DNA from: an uncultured Synergistaceae bacterium
GTDB taxonomy: Bacteria; Synergistota; Synergistia; Synergistales; Aminobacteriaceae
Direction of reading: 5' to 3'
Length of the DNA: 64,000 nucleotides
Assembly (NCBI GenBank): GCA_964426245.1
Contig: CAYRPJ010000016.1
Location: forward strand, 3,793 to 67,792
Below are positions 1 to 8,912 of the stretch, piece by piece. Numbering within the stretch: position 1 is the stretch's first letter; the number at the start of each line of letters is the position of its first letter. The translations under genes and the position numbers were made by a program. The notes beneath the pieces were generated by a model that was not told the DNA's origin, ran no database searches, and worked only from the letters and a program-made list of their open reading frames with translations.

Positions 1-1359
1 CGTGAATCGGTCGTCGGCGGAAAGGCAGTCGGTGTCCCCGGTATCGTCATGGGGATTTTCACCGCGCTCGACAAGTACGGCACGATGTCCTTCGCGGAAG
101 TGGCAGCACCTGCGCTTCGTCTTGCAGAAGAGGGTTTCGAAGTGCATCCGATGCAGACGGACATCATCGCAGACAACTTTGAAAAACTGTCGAAGTACAG
201 TCCGGACAACGTTTTTCTCCCCGGCGGCCTTCCTGCCGAAGCCGGAACGATCCTGAAGCAGCCGGAGCTTGCAAAGGCGTTCCGAATGCTCGCCGAGGAC
301 GGGGCGGACGCCTTCTACCGCGGACCGATCGGCGAAGCGGTTGTGGCAGCCGTGAACAGAAGCGGCGGAAATATGTCCATGAAGGATCTGAACGAGTACA
401 AAATGATCATCCAAGCGCCCGTTATGGGAACATATCGGGGCTACTCCATCTACTCCACGCCCCCTGCATCCAGCGGCGGAACGCACATCGTGCAGCTGCT
501 GAACATCATGGAGAATTTCCCTGTGGCCGAATGGAAGCATAATTCCCCCGAATACCTTCATCACCTCGCCGAGGCCATGAAGATGATCTTCGCCGACCGC
601 CAGAAGTACATGGCCGATACCGCGTTCGTCGATGTGCCCCTCACAGGCCTTGCCAGCAAGGAGTACGCGAAACAGCTCGCAGGAAAGATCAAAGCCTACG
701 AAGTCATGAAGGAAGTCCCGGCAGGCGATCCCTGGCCGTTCGACGAGGGCAAAAAGACATCCTACTTCGGCCACGACGGCAACAAGCATATTTCCACCAG
801 TTCTTTTTCGGTGGTTGATGCGGAAGGAAACATTGTTACCTCGACGAACACTGTAAACTACTTCTTCGGATCGGGCGTCGTCGTCCCCGAATACGGTATC
901 GTCCTGAACAACGAGATGGACGACTTCTCCCAGAACCCGGAGAGCGTGAACGCTCCCGAACCGGGAAAAAGACCCCTTTCCTCGATGTCCCCGACAATCG
1001 TGCTCGATCCGGAAGGCAGACCGTTCATGAGCTTGGGCGCTGCGGGCGCAATGCGCATCATCACCGCGGTCAGCCAGATCATCATGAATGTCGTCGATTT
1101 CGGCATGCCGATGGACAAGGCCATCGAACAGCCACGAATCTTCAACCCGGCAAGCGGCGGAAAAGCCGGAAAGCTTCTCATCGAGGAGGGCATCAGCCAG
1201 AGCACCGTCGAGTACCTGACGCTTCGGGGACATGATCTTGAAGTCCGCCCCCGCAGCGGCTATTTCGGAACGGCGCAGGGCATTCTTATCGATCAGGCGA
1301 AAGGGAGAATCAACGGCGGCGCCGACAGCAGGCGCCTCGGCGTTCCCATCGGATTCTGA
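1..1359 (+). CDS. ggt: gamma-glutamyltranspeptidase family protein (5' end lies outside the window)
   Basis: Frame 1 is open from nt 1 (..AVGVPGIVMG..). GGT hallmarks: nucleophile region HIS-T-SSFSVVDAEGNIV, NNEMDDFS, PLSSMSPTIV, MRIITAV, GGADSRR. Stop TGA 1357-1359. Confidence 0.9.
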   Translation, partial: RESVVGGKAVGVPGIVMGIFTALDKYGTMSFAEVAAPALRLAEEGFEVHPMQTDIIADNFEKLSKYSPDNVFLPGGLPAEAGTILKQPELAKAFRMLAEDGADAFYRGPIGEAVVAAVNRSGGNMSMKDLNEYKMIIQAPVMGTYRGYSIYSTPPASSGGTHIVQLLNIMENFPVAEWKHNSPEYLHHLAEAMKMIFADRQKYMADTAFVDVPLTGLASKEYAKQLAGKIKAYEVMKEVPAGDPWPFDEGKKTSYFGHDGNKHISTSSFSVVDAEGNIVTSTNTVNYFFGSGVVVPEYGIVLNNEMDDFSQNPESVNAPEPGKRPLSSMSPTIVLDPEGRPFMSLGAAGAMRIITAVSQIIMNVVDFGMPMDKAIEQPRIFNPASGGKAGKLLIEEGISQSTVEYLTLRGHDLEVRPRSGYFGTAQGILIDQAKGRINGGADSRRLGVPIGF

Positions 1360-1376
1360 TATTGCTTCTTGCATGG

Positions 1377-1412
1377 AAAAGCGGGACCGGAACCTTCGGT
1401 TCCGCTTTTTTC
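1377..1412 (+). terminator. rho-independent terminator after ggt
   Basis: Hairpin cggaacc(1388-1394)/ttc/ggttccg(1398-1404) followed by cTTTTTT. Folded by eye. Confidence 0.5.
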
Positions 1413-1518
1413 TTCCGTTTCTGCCGGCACGAGCAGACGGTGCTTCTGCCGAATGTTCTTTGCGATAGATCTGTTCAAGGCGAAATGGAAAACGAGACGA
1501 AAAGGCAGGGGAAAGACA

Positions 1519-2454
1519 ATGAAGGGGAGGACCCCGAAAATCGCGGTTATTGGAAGCGCCAACATGGATCTTGTTACCCGGACTCCGCGCATGCCGAAAC
1601 TCGGGGAGACGCTGGAAGCGCGACACTTTCACTCCGGTTTCGGCGGAAAAGGAGCGAATCAGGCGGTTGCCCTGTCCAGGCTCGGAGCCGATGTCCTAAT
1701 GGTCGCGAAAGTCGGAGACGACATGTTCGGTGCGGAGATGAGCCGGAATTTCGAGGAGAACGGAGTCGACGCCCGTTTCGTTGAGACCGTTTCCGGTTTT
1801 TCGACAGGTGTTGCCGCCATCTCGGTAGACGACGAGGGAAACAACAGCATTCTCATTGTCAAGGGGGCCAACGGTGCGCTTTCTCCCCGCGATGTAGAAC
1901 GGGCGGGATACGCGATCCGGCAGTGCGACATGCTGCTTCTTCAGCTTGAAATACCTGTGGAAACCGTGTACTCGGCCATTGAATTCGGCGCGAAGAACGG
2001 CATCCCCGTATTTTTGAACCCAGCTCCCGGAGCGGTGTTGAAACAGGAGCATGTCGGAAAGGTCGACTTTCTCGCTCCCAACGAAACGGAACTGGAGATC
2101 ATGACAGGCATGCCGGTCTCCTCGACGGAAAACATCATTCACGCCGCACGTTCTCTTGTCCGGACGGGAATCAGGAGAGTGATTGTAACGCTCGGGTCAA
2201 AAGGTTCCCTCTACGTGGACGCCGCGGGCGATTATCTGGCGGAACCCTTTCCGGTGCTTCCCGTCGATTCAACGGGAGCCGGCGATGCCTTCATCGGAGC
2301 GTTTCTCGTTCGCTTTCTCCGTTCGGGAGAAATAGAGAAATCGATGAGATACGCCAATCGATACGCAGCGTGTTCCACCACGAGGGAGGGGACACAGAAG
2401 TCCTTTTTCACCGGGGAAGAGTTCGAGGCGATTCTGGAGGAGGAAAGAGCATGA
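1519..2454 (+). CDS. rbsK: PfkB-family ribokinase/deoxyribokinase
   Basis: [22 protein letters not shown] and [13 protein letters not shown] motifs. ATG 1519 is preceded by aggggaaag. The longer track ORF from 1369 would span the ggt terminator. Stop overlaps the deoC start (ATGA at 2451-2454). Confidence 0.85.
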   Translation: MKGRTPKIAVIGSANMDLVTRTPRMPKLGETLEARHFHSGFGGKGANQAVALSRLGADVLMVAKVGDDMFGAEMSRNFEENGVDARFVETVSGFSTGVAAISVDDEGNNSILIVKGANGALSPRDVERAGYAIRQCDMLLLQLEIPVETVYSAIEFGAKNGIPVFLNPAPGAVLKQEHVGKVDFLAPNETELEIMTGMPVSSTENIIHAARSLVRTGIRRVIVTLGSKGSLYVDAAGDYLAEPFPVLPVDSTGAGDAFIGAFLVRFLRSGEIEKSMRYANRYAACSTTREGTQKSFFTGEEFEAILEEERA

Positions 2455-3104
2455 ACAGCAGGGAACTTGCAGGCTATATCGATCATACTCTTCTGAAGCC
2501 CGAGACATCGGAAGAAGCGGTCCGGAAATTGTGCGCCGAGGCGAGGGAATTCGGTTTCGCCTCGGTATGCGTCAACGGCTCCTTTGTGGAGCTTGCCGTA
2601 CGCGAGCTCAAGGGAAGTCCTGTTAAGACGTGCTGTGTCGTGGGCTTTCCACTTGGTGCGGGGACGTCGGCCTCCAAGGCGTTTGAAGCGAAGGATGCGG
2701 TTTCCGGGGGAGCCGAAGAGGTCGACATGGTTCTCTCAGTCGGACGCCTGCGCACGGGCGACGCCGAGGCCGTGAGGGAGGATATCCGCGCTGTGGTGAA
2801 GGCGGCGGGAGAGGCGGCAGTGAAAGTCATTCTCGAAACATGCCTGCTCACGGACGAGCAGAAAGAGCAAGCATGCGTTCTTGCGGAAGAGGCCGGCGCT
2901 GCTTTCGTAAAGACGTCGACGGGTTTTTCAACGGGAGGCGCGACTGTCGCCGATGTTGCCCTGATGCGCCGTGTGGTGGGGAACAGACTTGGGGTAAAGG
3001 CATCGGGAGGCATCCGTACACGAGAGGACGCGGAACGTATGATCGCCGCAGGAGCATCGCGAATCGGCGCTTCCGCGTCGGTATACATCTGCACCGGAAA
3101 GTAG
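2451..3104 (+). CDS. deoC: deoxyribose-phosphate aldolase
   Basis: [24 protein letters not shown] (Schiff-base Lys context), [12 protein letters not shown] 2451 overlaps the upstream stop. Confidence 0.9.
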   Translation: MNSRELAGYIDHTLLKPETSEEAVRKLCAEAREFGFASVCVNGSFVELAVRELKGSPVKTCCVVGFPLGAGTSASKAFEAKDAVSGGAEEVDMVLSVGRLRTGDAEAVREDIRAVVKAAGEAAVKVILETCLLTDEQKEQACVLAEEAGAAFVKTSTGFSTGGATVADVALMRRVVGNRLGVKASGGIRTREDAERMIAAGASRIGASASVYICTGK

Positions 3105-3171
3105 CGTCATTTGTCGTTTTCCTGTTTCCGCGCTCCTTCTCTCTTTTTTGGACCCGGTGTAGAATAGCTCC

Positions 3172-4200
3172 ATGAAGAGGGAAAACAGGTTCCCAATACG
3201 GATACTGGTAACAGGCAGTCGCGGAAAAAGCTCTCTCGTACGCCTTCTCTGCGCCGCTTTTGCAGGTTTCGGGGCGAACGTGAGGGGGAGAATCACAGGC
3301 GTTCTGCCGCGTGAAATAGCCTCCCATTTGCCGAATGGAGAGCGGTTGATATTTCGATCTGGTCCTGCAAGCGTCGAAGAGATGCGCTGGTGGCTCGACA
3401 CCCTTCCGGATGATAGCGAAGCGGTGATTTTGGAGAACAGCGCCGTCGATCCCGACTTGCAGCCCTTGGCGGTTCGATGGTTTCGACCGCAATGTTTTGT
3501 TTTGACCAATGTCCGTCCGGACCACGAAGAAATCTGGGGCAGAGGCGAGGAAAGCGCCGTTCGCGCCCTGTGCCGCGGGATCGCCGGAGGAACTGTCGTC
3601 CTGCCCCGGTCCGTCGCTGAAAAATCACTTGTAAAGGACCTTCTCTCCGAAAAGGGGTGCGATCTTCTCCCCTGTGATGACGGCGCTTCCTTTCGCGAAA
3701 CGCACCTCTTTCTCGTCGGGTCGGTCTGCAGGTTTTTCGGATTTGATCCGGAGAAGGGGGTTGCCTTCGCTTCGCAGATTCCCCCGGATGTGGCTGATTT
3801 CAGAATATGCCGGGAGGGAGAAGGCCTTCTTGCCGCCGCTTTTTCCGCCAATGATCCGGAGTCGACGGAGGCCCTCTTCTGTTCGACCGGCTGGAGAAGG
3901 GAAGCGACAACGCTGCTTTTCAACGCGCGCAAGGACAGGTTCGCACGCTTGGAGTCCTTTCTCCCGTGGTTTCGTGCTTTTTCCTGGAAATCTGTTCTGC
4001 TCACCGGAAGCAGGCCGCTTTTTCTTCCGCACCCGCTTCAATATTTCTCTCTCTCCGATGCCGCTTCCCTAAAGAACTTTATTCGTTCGGAGGAAAGAGT
4101 GTTCGGGTGCGGCAATGTCGCAGGCATCCCCCTGGAATACCTGTGTGCGCTGCGGGATGACCGTGTCGAAAGGAAGGCGAAGTATCGTGACGGAGCGTGA
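3172..4200 (+). CDS. pgsB: poly-gamma-glutamate synthase PgsB/CapB-like Mur-ligase-fold protein
   Basis: P-loop VTGSRGKSS plus blocks ENSAVDPDLQ, NVRPDHEE, FSANDPEST, NARKDRF and GCGNVAG. These parallel the B. subtilis PgsB blocks GIRGKST, ECMAVNPDYQ, NVLEDHMD, FAANDASST, NCRADRVDRT and GVGNIHG as I recall them. Confidence 0.8.
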   Translation: MKRENRFPIRILVTGSRGKSSLVRLLCAAFAGFGANVRGRITGVLPREIASHLPNGERLIFRSGPASVEEMRWWLDTLPDDSEAVILENSAVDPDLQPLAVRWFRPQCFVLTNVRPDHEEIWGRGEESAVRALCRGIAGGTVVLPRSVAEKSLVKDLLSEKGCDLLPCDDGASFRETHLFLVGSVCRFFGFDPEKGVAFASQIPPDVADFRICREGEGLLAAAFSANDPESTEALFCSTGWRREATTLLFNARKDRFARLESFLPWFRAFSWKSVLLTGSRPLFLPHPLQYFSLSDAASLKNFIRSEERVFGCGNVAGIPLEYLCALRDDRVERKAKYRDGA

Positions 4201-4624
4201 ACTGTTCGTGATAGCCTTGGGAATAGCCCTTGGAATGTTTTTCTTCCGCAGAACCGGGTATTCTCCGGGGGGCATCATCACTCCGGGTTTTCTTGCTCTC
4301 GAACTTGCTTCTCCCGAACGGATGCTTTCGGCTTTCCTCTGCGCCGGCGCCGTGGCGCTCCTTCTCTCGCTCGCGGTACGCGGTACCGGAGTTTACGGGC
4401 GTCAGCGAACGGGTCTCGCCATGCTCCTCGCTCTTGGCATCCGGTTCGCCGGAGGAGGAACATCCTTACAGGGGACTCTCTGGATAGGATGGGTCGTTCC
4501 GGGACTTCTCGGAGCGGAAATGTACCGCCAGGGAGTGGTTCCGACCGTCGGCGCATCCCTCTCGACGGCGTTCGCCGCAGCGATGGCGTCCCAGCTGCTG
4601 TCTCCGGGAGGTATTCTTTTTTGA
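4187..4624 (+). CDS. pgsC: poly-gamma-glutamate biosynthesis membrane protein PgsC/CapC-like
   Basis: Small polytopic protein with GIITPGFLAL and VVPGLLGAEMYRQG, resembling PgsC GIVPAGLVVPGYLAL / IIVPGLIANTIQKQG. GTG 4187 follows aggaagg (4171-4177); ATG 4157 is the alternative start. Overlaps the pgsB stop. Confidence 0.75.
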   Translation: MTERELFVIALGIALGMFFFRRTGYSPGGIITPGFLALELASPERMLSAFLCAGAVALLLSLAVRGTGVYGRQRTGLAMLLALGIRFAGGGTSLQGTLWIGWVVPGLLGAEMYRQGVVPTVGASLSTAFAAAMASQLLSPGGILF

Positions 4625-5676
4625 AGCCTCTCGATCGGTATCGTTTTTTTGAACGCAGGGGGCGGCTGAGCCTCCTTCTTCCTGCGATTATTCTTGCCAC
4701 TCTCTGGTTTTTTTCCGGAAATCCCGTTCTTTCGCAGGAGGAATTCGATCTCTGGCGCAAGGTGAAAACGGGCCAGGAACGCCTTTTCTCGTGGAGAGAG
4801 GCGGCGGGAACACTCGCTTCTCCTGACGATTCCGGGGCGGATCCGTGGAGAACGGGATTGATAGGAATCGAGTGGAGCCCTATCACAACGACTCTTGGGC
4901 CGGTGGAAGCGAAGCGGACGGCAGCTGATCCTCTCTGGAGTGTCTATACTCTGCGCCGGTTCCGGGATACAGGTCTCCGAAAGGGAGATAGAGTTGTTCT
5001 GCTCTCCTCGTCATCCTTTCCCGGACTGGTTTTCTCCATTCTGGCCGCAGTGGAGCACTACGGTCTCGACCTTGTGTGGATCCACTCCCTGGGGTCCTCG
5101 ACATGGGGGGCCAACCGGCCTGATCTTCCCTGGCCGAGGATCGCTTCCTTTCTTCGAAAGGAGGGGTTCATCTCCGCGAGACCGGAATGGTATACCCTCG
5201 GTGGGGTGAACGAAACCGCGCTGGACATGTCACCGGAAGGACGGGAGATACTGACCCTGGCAGCGGAGGAGGATAAGGCGCCGCTGCTCGATGCGGATAA
5301 TCTCGATACCATGATCTCCATGAAGACTGGAATCGTCCGCTCCGCCGCACCGCGTCTCGTCATTCTGATCGGCGGTTCCCACAGCACTTTCGGTGGAAGG
5401 GAGATCGTTCCTCCCGGCGGCGGGCTGTACGATCGGACCGATCTCGGACGGATCGACGCCGGGGACGGGGTATTCCGAAAGGTGCTCGAAGACGGTATTC
5501 CCGTTCTCCACTTTCTGAGCATGCGCAGTCTTTCATCCGCCGCCGGAATTCCTTACGACGGACGCCCACTTCCGCGTTTCCGGGGCGGAGCGGGAAACCT
5601 TGCATCGGCGGCGGGGCTCGCTTTCTTTTTTCTCTTTCTCATTTGTTTTCGACGATGGGCGAGGGACGGACAATGA
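4621..5676 (+). CDS. N-terminally membrane-anchored protein, candidate 'poly-gamma-glutamate system protein' (takes the place of PgsA/CapA)
   Basis: TTG 4621 overlaps the pgsC stop (TTGA), with GGAGG about 11 nt upstream. One N-terminal hydrophobic helix (LLLPAIILATLWFF) then a ~330-aa soluble domain. Functional name comes from position and my recollection of a TIGRFAM family linked to pgsBC; not verified. Confidence 0.55.
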   Translation: MKPLDRYRFFERRGRLSLLLPAIILATLWFFSGNPVLSQEEFDLWRKVKTGQERLFSWREAAGTLASPDDSGADPWRTGLIGIEWSPITTTLGPVEAKRTAADPLWSVYTLRRFRDTGLRKGDRVVLLSSSSFPGLVFSILAAVEHYGLDLVWIHSLGSSTWGANRPDLPWPRIASFLRKEGFISARPEWYTLGGVNETALDMSPEGREILTLAAEEDKAPLLDADNLDTMISMKTGIVRSAAPRLVILIGGSHSTFGGREIVPPGGGLYDRTDLGRIDAGDGVFRKVLEDGIPVLHFLSMRSLSSAAGIPYDGRPLPRFRGGAGNLASAAGLAFFFLFLICFRRWARDGQ

Positions 5677-7181
5677 CGATGGACACAAGAGAGTCCGTTC
5701 ATGAGATCCGCAGCATGTCCGATCATTCCACGGACAGGAACGCGTGGAAATTCCTCCTTGCCGGCGCTCTCTTCCTCGGATTCTGGATTTCGGCGCAGGG
5801 AGTTTCCACGAAGCCTATCCTTCTCCTGCTCGGAGGTCTTCCCGATACGATGGACAGCGGAGACCTGCTCGCGGCAGCGTCCATGCTCGTTCTCCTGAAC
5901 AGTGTACGGGCCATCGCTCTCTACCTGGGATGGTTCCTGGTGGGAAACGGCCTTGCGGCATTCCGTTCTTCCCTCTCCTTTTTGGCCTGGTTCGTGCCTG
6001 TGACGGCTATTCCCGTCACGTATTTCATTCTGCCTTCAATCGGCGAGGGAATTCAGATCCATTTCGGTTTTCCCGCCGTGCTCAGTGTCAGCAGCGTGCT
6101 GGTCCTGCGATATCTCACCCGAGGCATCGCCGATTGGGGCTATAAAACGATAGCTCTTGCCATCTTCGTCTTCTCCTTTCAATGGCTTGATATTATTCCA
6201 GCCCTGACTGCATGGGGAGCGGGGTGGGGAGAGTTGTCCACCGCCGTGAAGACGATGGCGCTTCTCATTGAGCGAGAGTATCTCCTGAACAGAGTGGGAG
6301 GATCGGTTTTCGCCGGTCTATTCTCCGCCGGGGTGATCACCACGGAATTGCTTGTAAGCTACGGAGCCCGGCTTTCCGCTCTCGCTCTTCTCCGCGACCG
6401 CGAAAAAAAAATGGCCCTTCTGAGAGAGGAGAATCTGCGAAACCGGAGCCTTGTGGAGATGCAACAGCTTGTCCACGACCTCAAACGGCCCCTGACGACA
6501 ATCATGGGGTTGGCCGATGTGGTCGCTTCCGGAAAAAATCCGCGAAACGCGGTTAAATACGGCGCGGTCATCGTAGAAGCGGGACGATCGATGGAGGAGA
6601 TGATCTCCGAGATCCTTCACGAGGACTTCCGCCGTTCGATTCGGCTCGGAGATCTCCAGCAGTATGTTTTCTCCCAGATCAGTCCGTTCGATTGGAGAGA
6701 GACGGTCTTGCTGTCCGCGGCGAAAGAGATTCTCGATGAGAGAGTGACAGTGAACGTGGTTCGCTTTTCAAGGGCCCTGGTGAACCTTTTGGAGAATGCG
6801 TATCGGGCGAACCGTCTGGCAGGAGGGGGAAGAATCGTCATGAGCATCTCTGAAACGGAAGGCCATGCGGAGATCGCTATCACCGACGAGGGCCCCGGCT
6901 TCAGGAGCAGCTTCCAGCCTGCACAACCCGTTGCGGAATCAGGCCTCATGGAGGAGTATTCACTGCCGGGGTATTTGCCCGCCGGCTCCGGTTGGAATTC
7001 AACGGGACTCGGTCTCCAATACGTTAAAATGGTAGTAAAAAATCACGGAGGACGTTTTTTTGTTCAAAATCTTCCCGAAAGAGGCGCCAGAACGGTGATT
7101 CTCCTTGCCAAGAGCGTCGCCGCCGGACCGTGTGAACACGATGCATCCGCGGCACGCACGAAACAGGAAAGGGTGCGATGA
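5673..7181 (+). CDS. polytopic sensor histidine kinase
   Basis: About six N-terminal hydrophobic segments. H-box LVHDLKRPLTTI, N-box NLLENAYRAN, G1 DEGPGF, G2 GLGLQYV. ATG 5673 overlaps the upstream TGA (ATGA) and follows gagggacgga. Confidence 0.85.
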   Translation: MTMDTRESVHEIRSMSDHSTDRNAWKFLLAGALFLGFWISAQGVSTKPILLLLGGLPDTMDSGDLLAAASMLVLLNSVRAIALYLGWFLVGNGLAAFRSSLSFLAWFVPVTAIPVTYFILPSIGEGIQIHFGFPAVLSVSSVLVLRYLTRGIADWGYKTIALAIFVFSFQWLDIIPALTAWGAGWGELSTAVKTMALLIEREYLLNRVGGSVFAGLFSAGVITTELLVSYGARLSALALLRDREKKMALLREENLRNRSLVEMQQLVHDLKRPLTTIMGLADVVASGKNPRNAVKYGAVIVEAGRSMEEMISEILHEDFRRSIRLGDLQQYVFSQISPFDWRETVLLSAAKEILDERVTVNVVRFSRALVNLLENAYRANRLAGGGRIVMSISETEGHAEIAITDEGPGFRSSFQPAQPVAESGLMEEYSLPGYLPAGSGWNSTGLGLQYVKMVVKNHGGRFFVQNLPERGARTVILLAKSVAAGPCEHDASAARTKQERVR

Positions 7182-7828
7182 AAGAAATGCCTCTTCATAT
7201 AGGTGCAATCGACGATGACAGGTCAATTCTCTATACTTTGGAAGCCATGGCGTCCACGGAAGGATGGAGGATGCTGACCACCAACGCTCCGGAGGAGTGC
7301 CTCGACTGGATAAAGCTGGACGAGGTCGATGTCCTGCTTGTCGACTATCATATGCCGGTGATGAACGGTCTGCATCTGATTCGAAAGGCGCGCGAGATCT
7401 CCTCGAAGATCATCCTTATCGCGCTGACCGTGGAAGACGGAGGCGATCTTGCGTCTCAACTGATGCTTGCCGGTGCTGACGATTTCATCACGAAACCCAT
7501 TCGTCTCGCTGATTTCACTGCGAGAATACGTCTTCACGAGAAGTTGTTTACTCACAGGGAACAGCTGAACTGGGACGAGAGAAAAAAAGGCGTGAGCAAG
7601 GACACAATGCGGAAAGTTCTGGAGAAACTCAAGGAGTTTTCCGTACCAAAAGACTGCGACGATGTTGCCGCCGCCTGCGGACTTGCCTACGTGACGGCGC
7701 ACCGCTACCTGGAATACCTTGTCGAAAGAGGGTTGATTGTCCGCAGTTCGGGGATCCAGGACGGCCGCCCCGGCCGCCCGAAGGCCTATTATGCGCTATC
7801 GAATTCTCCGGGGGCTTCCTCCAAGTAA
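7178..7828 (+). CDS. response regulator, REC plus C-terminal winged-helix (CitB/DpiA-like) domain
   Basis: REC residues DDD, VLLVDYHMPVMNG, FITKP. C-terminal HTH VTAHRYLEYLVERGLIV. ATG 7178 overlaps the kinase TGA (ATGA). Confidence 0.85.
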   Translation: MKEMPLHIGAIDDDRSILYTLEAMASTEGWRMLTTNAPEECLDWIKLDEVDVLLVDYHMPVMNGLHLIRKAREISSKIILIALTVEDGGDLASQLMLAGADDFITKPIRLADFTARIRLHEKLFTHREQLNWDERKKGVSKDTMRKVLEKLKEFSVPKDCDDVAAACGLAYVTAHRYLEYLVERGLIVRSSGIQDGRPGRPKAYYALSNSPGASSK

Positions 7829-7858
7829 AAAAGGACTCTCCGAAGAGAGCCCTTTTTT
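7827..7858. terminator. bidirectional terminator between convergent genes
   Basis: A-run, then stem ggactctc/cgaa/gagagccc (one mismatch), then TTTTTT. Lies between the + gene ending at 7828 and the - gene ending at 7885. Confidence 0.6.
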
Positions 7859-7884
7859 CAAGTCCGGTTTTAGTACAGCGGAAT

Positions 7885-8628
7885 CTACTTGAACCACTGG
7901 GCTTTCATGGCGTCCAGTTCGCCGCTCTCTTCAAGCTCAGCGAGCGCTTTGTTCACCGCTTCGATAAACTCGGTTTCCCCGAGGTTCATGGCAAGGGCCT
8001 TTCCGGAGCCGGTGATCTCCTGCTCGAAGGCGATCTTGATCTTGCCCTGGAAGTCCTTGTGCTCAACGTAGCTCTTCGCGACGGGGGTATCCATCAGGGT
8101 CGCATCGACGCGGCCGAGAATAACCTCACGGACGCAGTCGTCGAACTTCTGGAACGATTTGACCTGTACCCCTTCCAGGGACAGGCAGTAGGTCTCCTGG
8201 ACGGTGCCGAGCTGGACCGCGACGACCTTTCCCTTCATATCGTCGACGACTTTCATTGAATCATTGCCTGCGGCTACGACAAAGGCGCTGATCGAGATCT
8301 CATAGTTGGTCGAGAATGCCACGCGTTTCGCCCTCTCTTCGGTCGCGCTCATTCCGGCGGCAACAATGTCGATCTTCTTCGCAAGGAGGGATGGGATAAG
8401 GCTGTCGAAGGGCATGTCGACCCATTCGATCTTCTTGCCGATCTTGTCGGCGATCGCTTCCATCATGTCGATGTCGAATCCCTTCAGTTCGTTGTTCTGG
8501 TCGCGGAACTCGTACGGAGGGTACGTGCTCTCCGTGCCTACGAGAATGACGTCCTTCGCCATGACATTGGCCCACCCGGCGGTTCCGATGACTGACAGCG
8601 CGAGAAGTGCGAGCAACAGCTTTTTCAT
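7885..8628 (-). CDS. amino-acid ABC transporter substrate-binding protein (family 3), with no adjacent permease or ATPase
   Basis: Signal peptide MKKLLLALLALSVIGTAGWA. Also GTESTYPPYEF, LKGFDIDMMEAIA, DIVAAGMSATEER. Confidence 0.85.
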   Translation of the reverse strand: MKKLLLALLALSVIGTAGWANVMAKDVILVGTESTYPPYEFRDQNNELKGFDIDMMEAIADKIGKKIEWVDMPFDSLIPSLLAKKIDIVAAGMSATEERAKRVAFSTNYEISISAFVVAAGNDSMKVVDDMKGKVVAVQLGTVQETYCLSLEGVQVKSFQKFDDCVREVILGRVDATLMDTPVAKSYVEHKDFQGKIKIAFEQEITGSGKALAMNLGETEFIEAVNKALAELEESGELDAMKAQWFK

Positions 8629-8697
8629 TGTTTTCTCTCCTCCAGTATGAACAGATGTTTAGAGCGTTCTGTAGATGTGACATACTTTCTCTTTGTG

Positions 8698-8726
8698 AGC
8701 ATACACGCCCCCATTTTCCCTGTCAA
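8698..8726 (-). promoter_or_regulatory. sigma70-like promoter for the binding-protein gene
   Basis: On the minus strand: TTGACA, 17 nt, TATGCT, about 70 nt upstream of the ATG at 8628. Confidence 0.5.
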
Positions 8727-8767
8727 GACATTGAACCCTGTTTTTCTGTTCGTTTTTATTCAAAGGC

Positions 8768-8776
8768 TGTTATAAT
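8768..8776 (+). promoter_or_regulatory. extended -10 element upstream of the chemosensory operon
   Basis: TGTTATAAT (TGnTATAAT) about 135 nt upstream of cheW. No good -35. Confidence 0.35.
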
Positions 8777-8912
8777 TTTATAGCTCTTTTGCCGGAAGGC
8801 GGAGCGGGTTTTCTGGAGGTTTTTCAGAAAACGCCGATACTATGTTCAAGGAACCGGTCTTTTGTTTTCACCGGGGGACCGGCCGATCACTGCGGGAAGG
8901 TGGAGAAGGAGT

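Noticed and set aside
1369-1518. Upstream extension of the ribokinase ORF
   Set aside because: It would translate through the ggt terminator hairpin. The conserved kinase N-terminus starts right after ATG 1519, which has a ribosome-binding site.
2928-4004. 358-aa ORF on the minus strand
   Set aside because: It is antisense to deoC and pgsB-like, S/R/P-rich, with no motifs.
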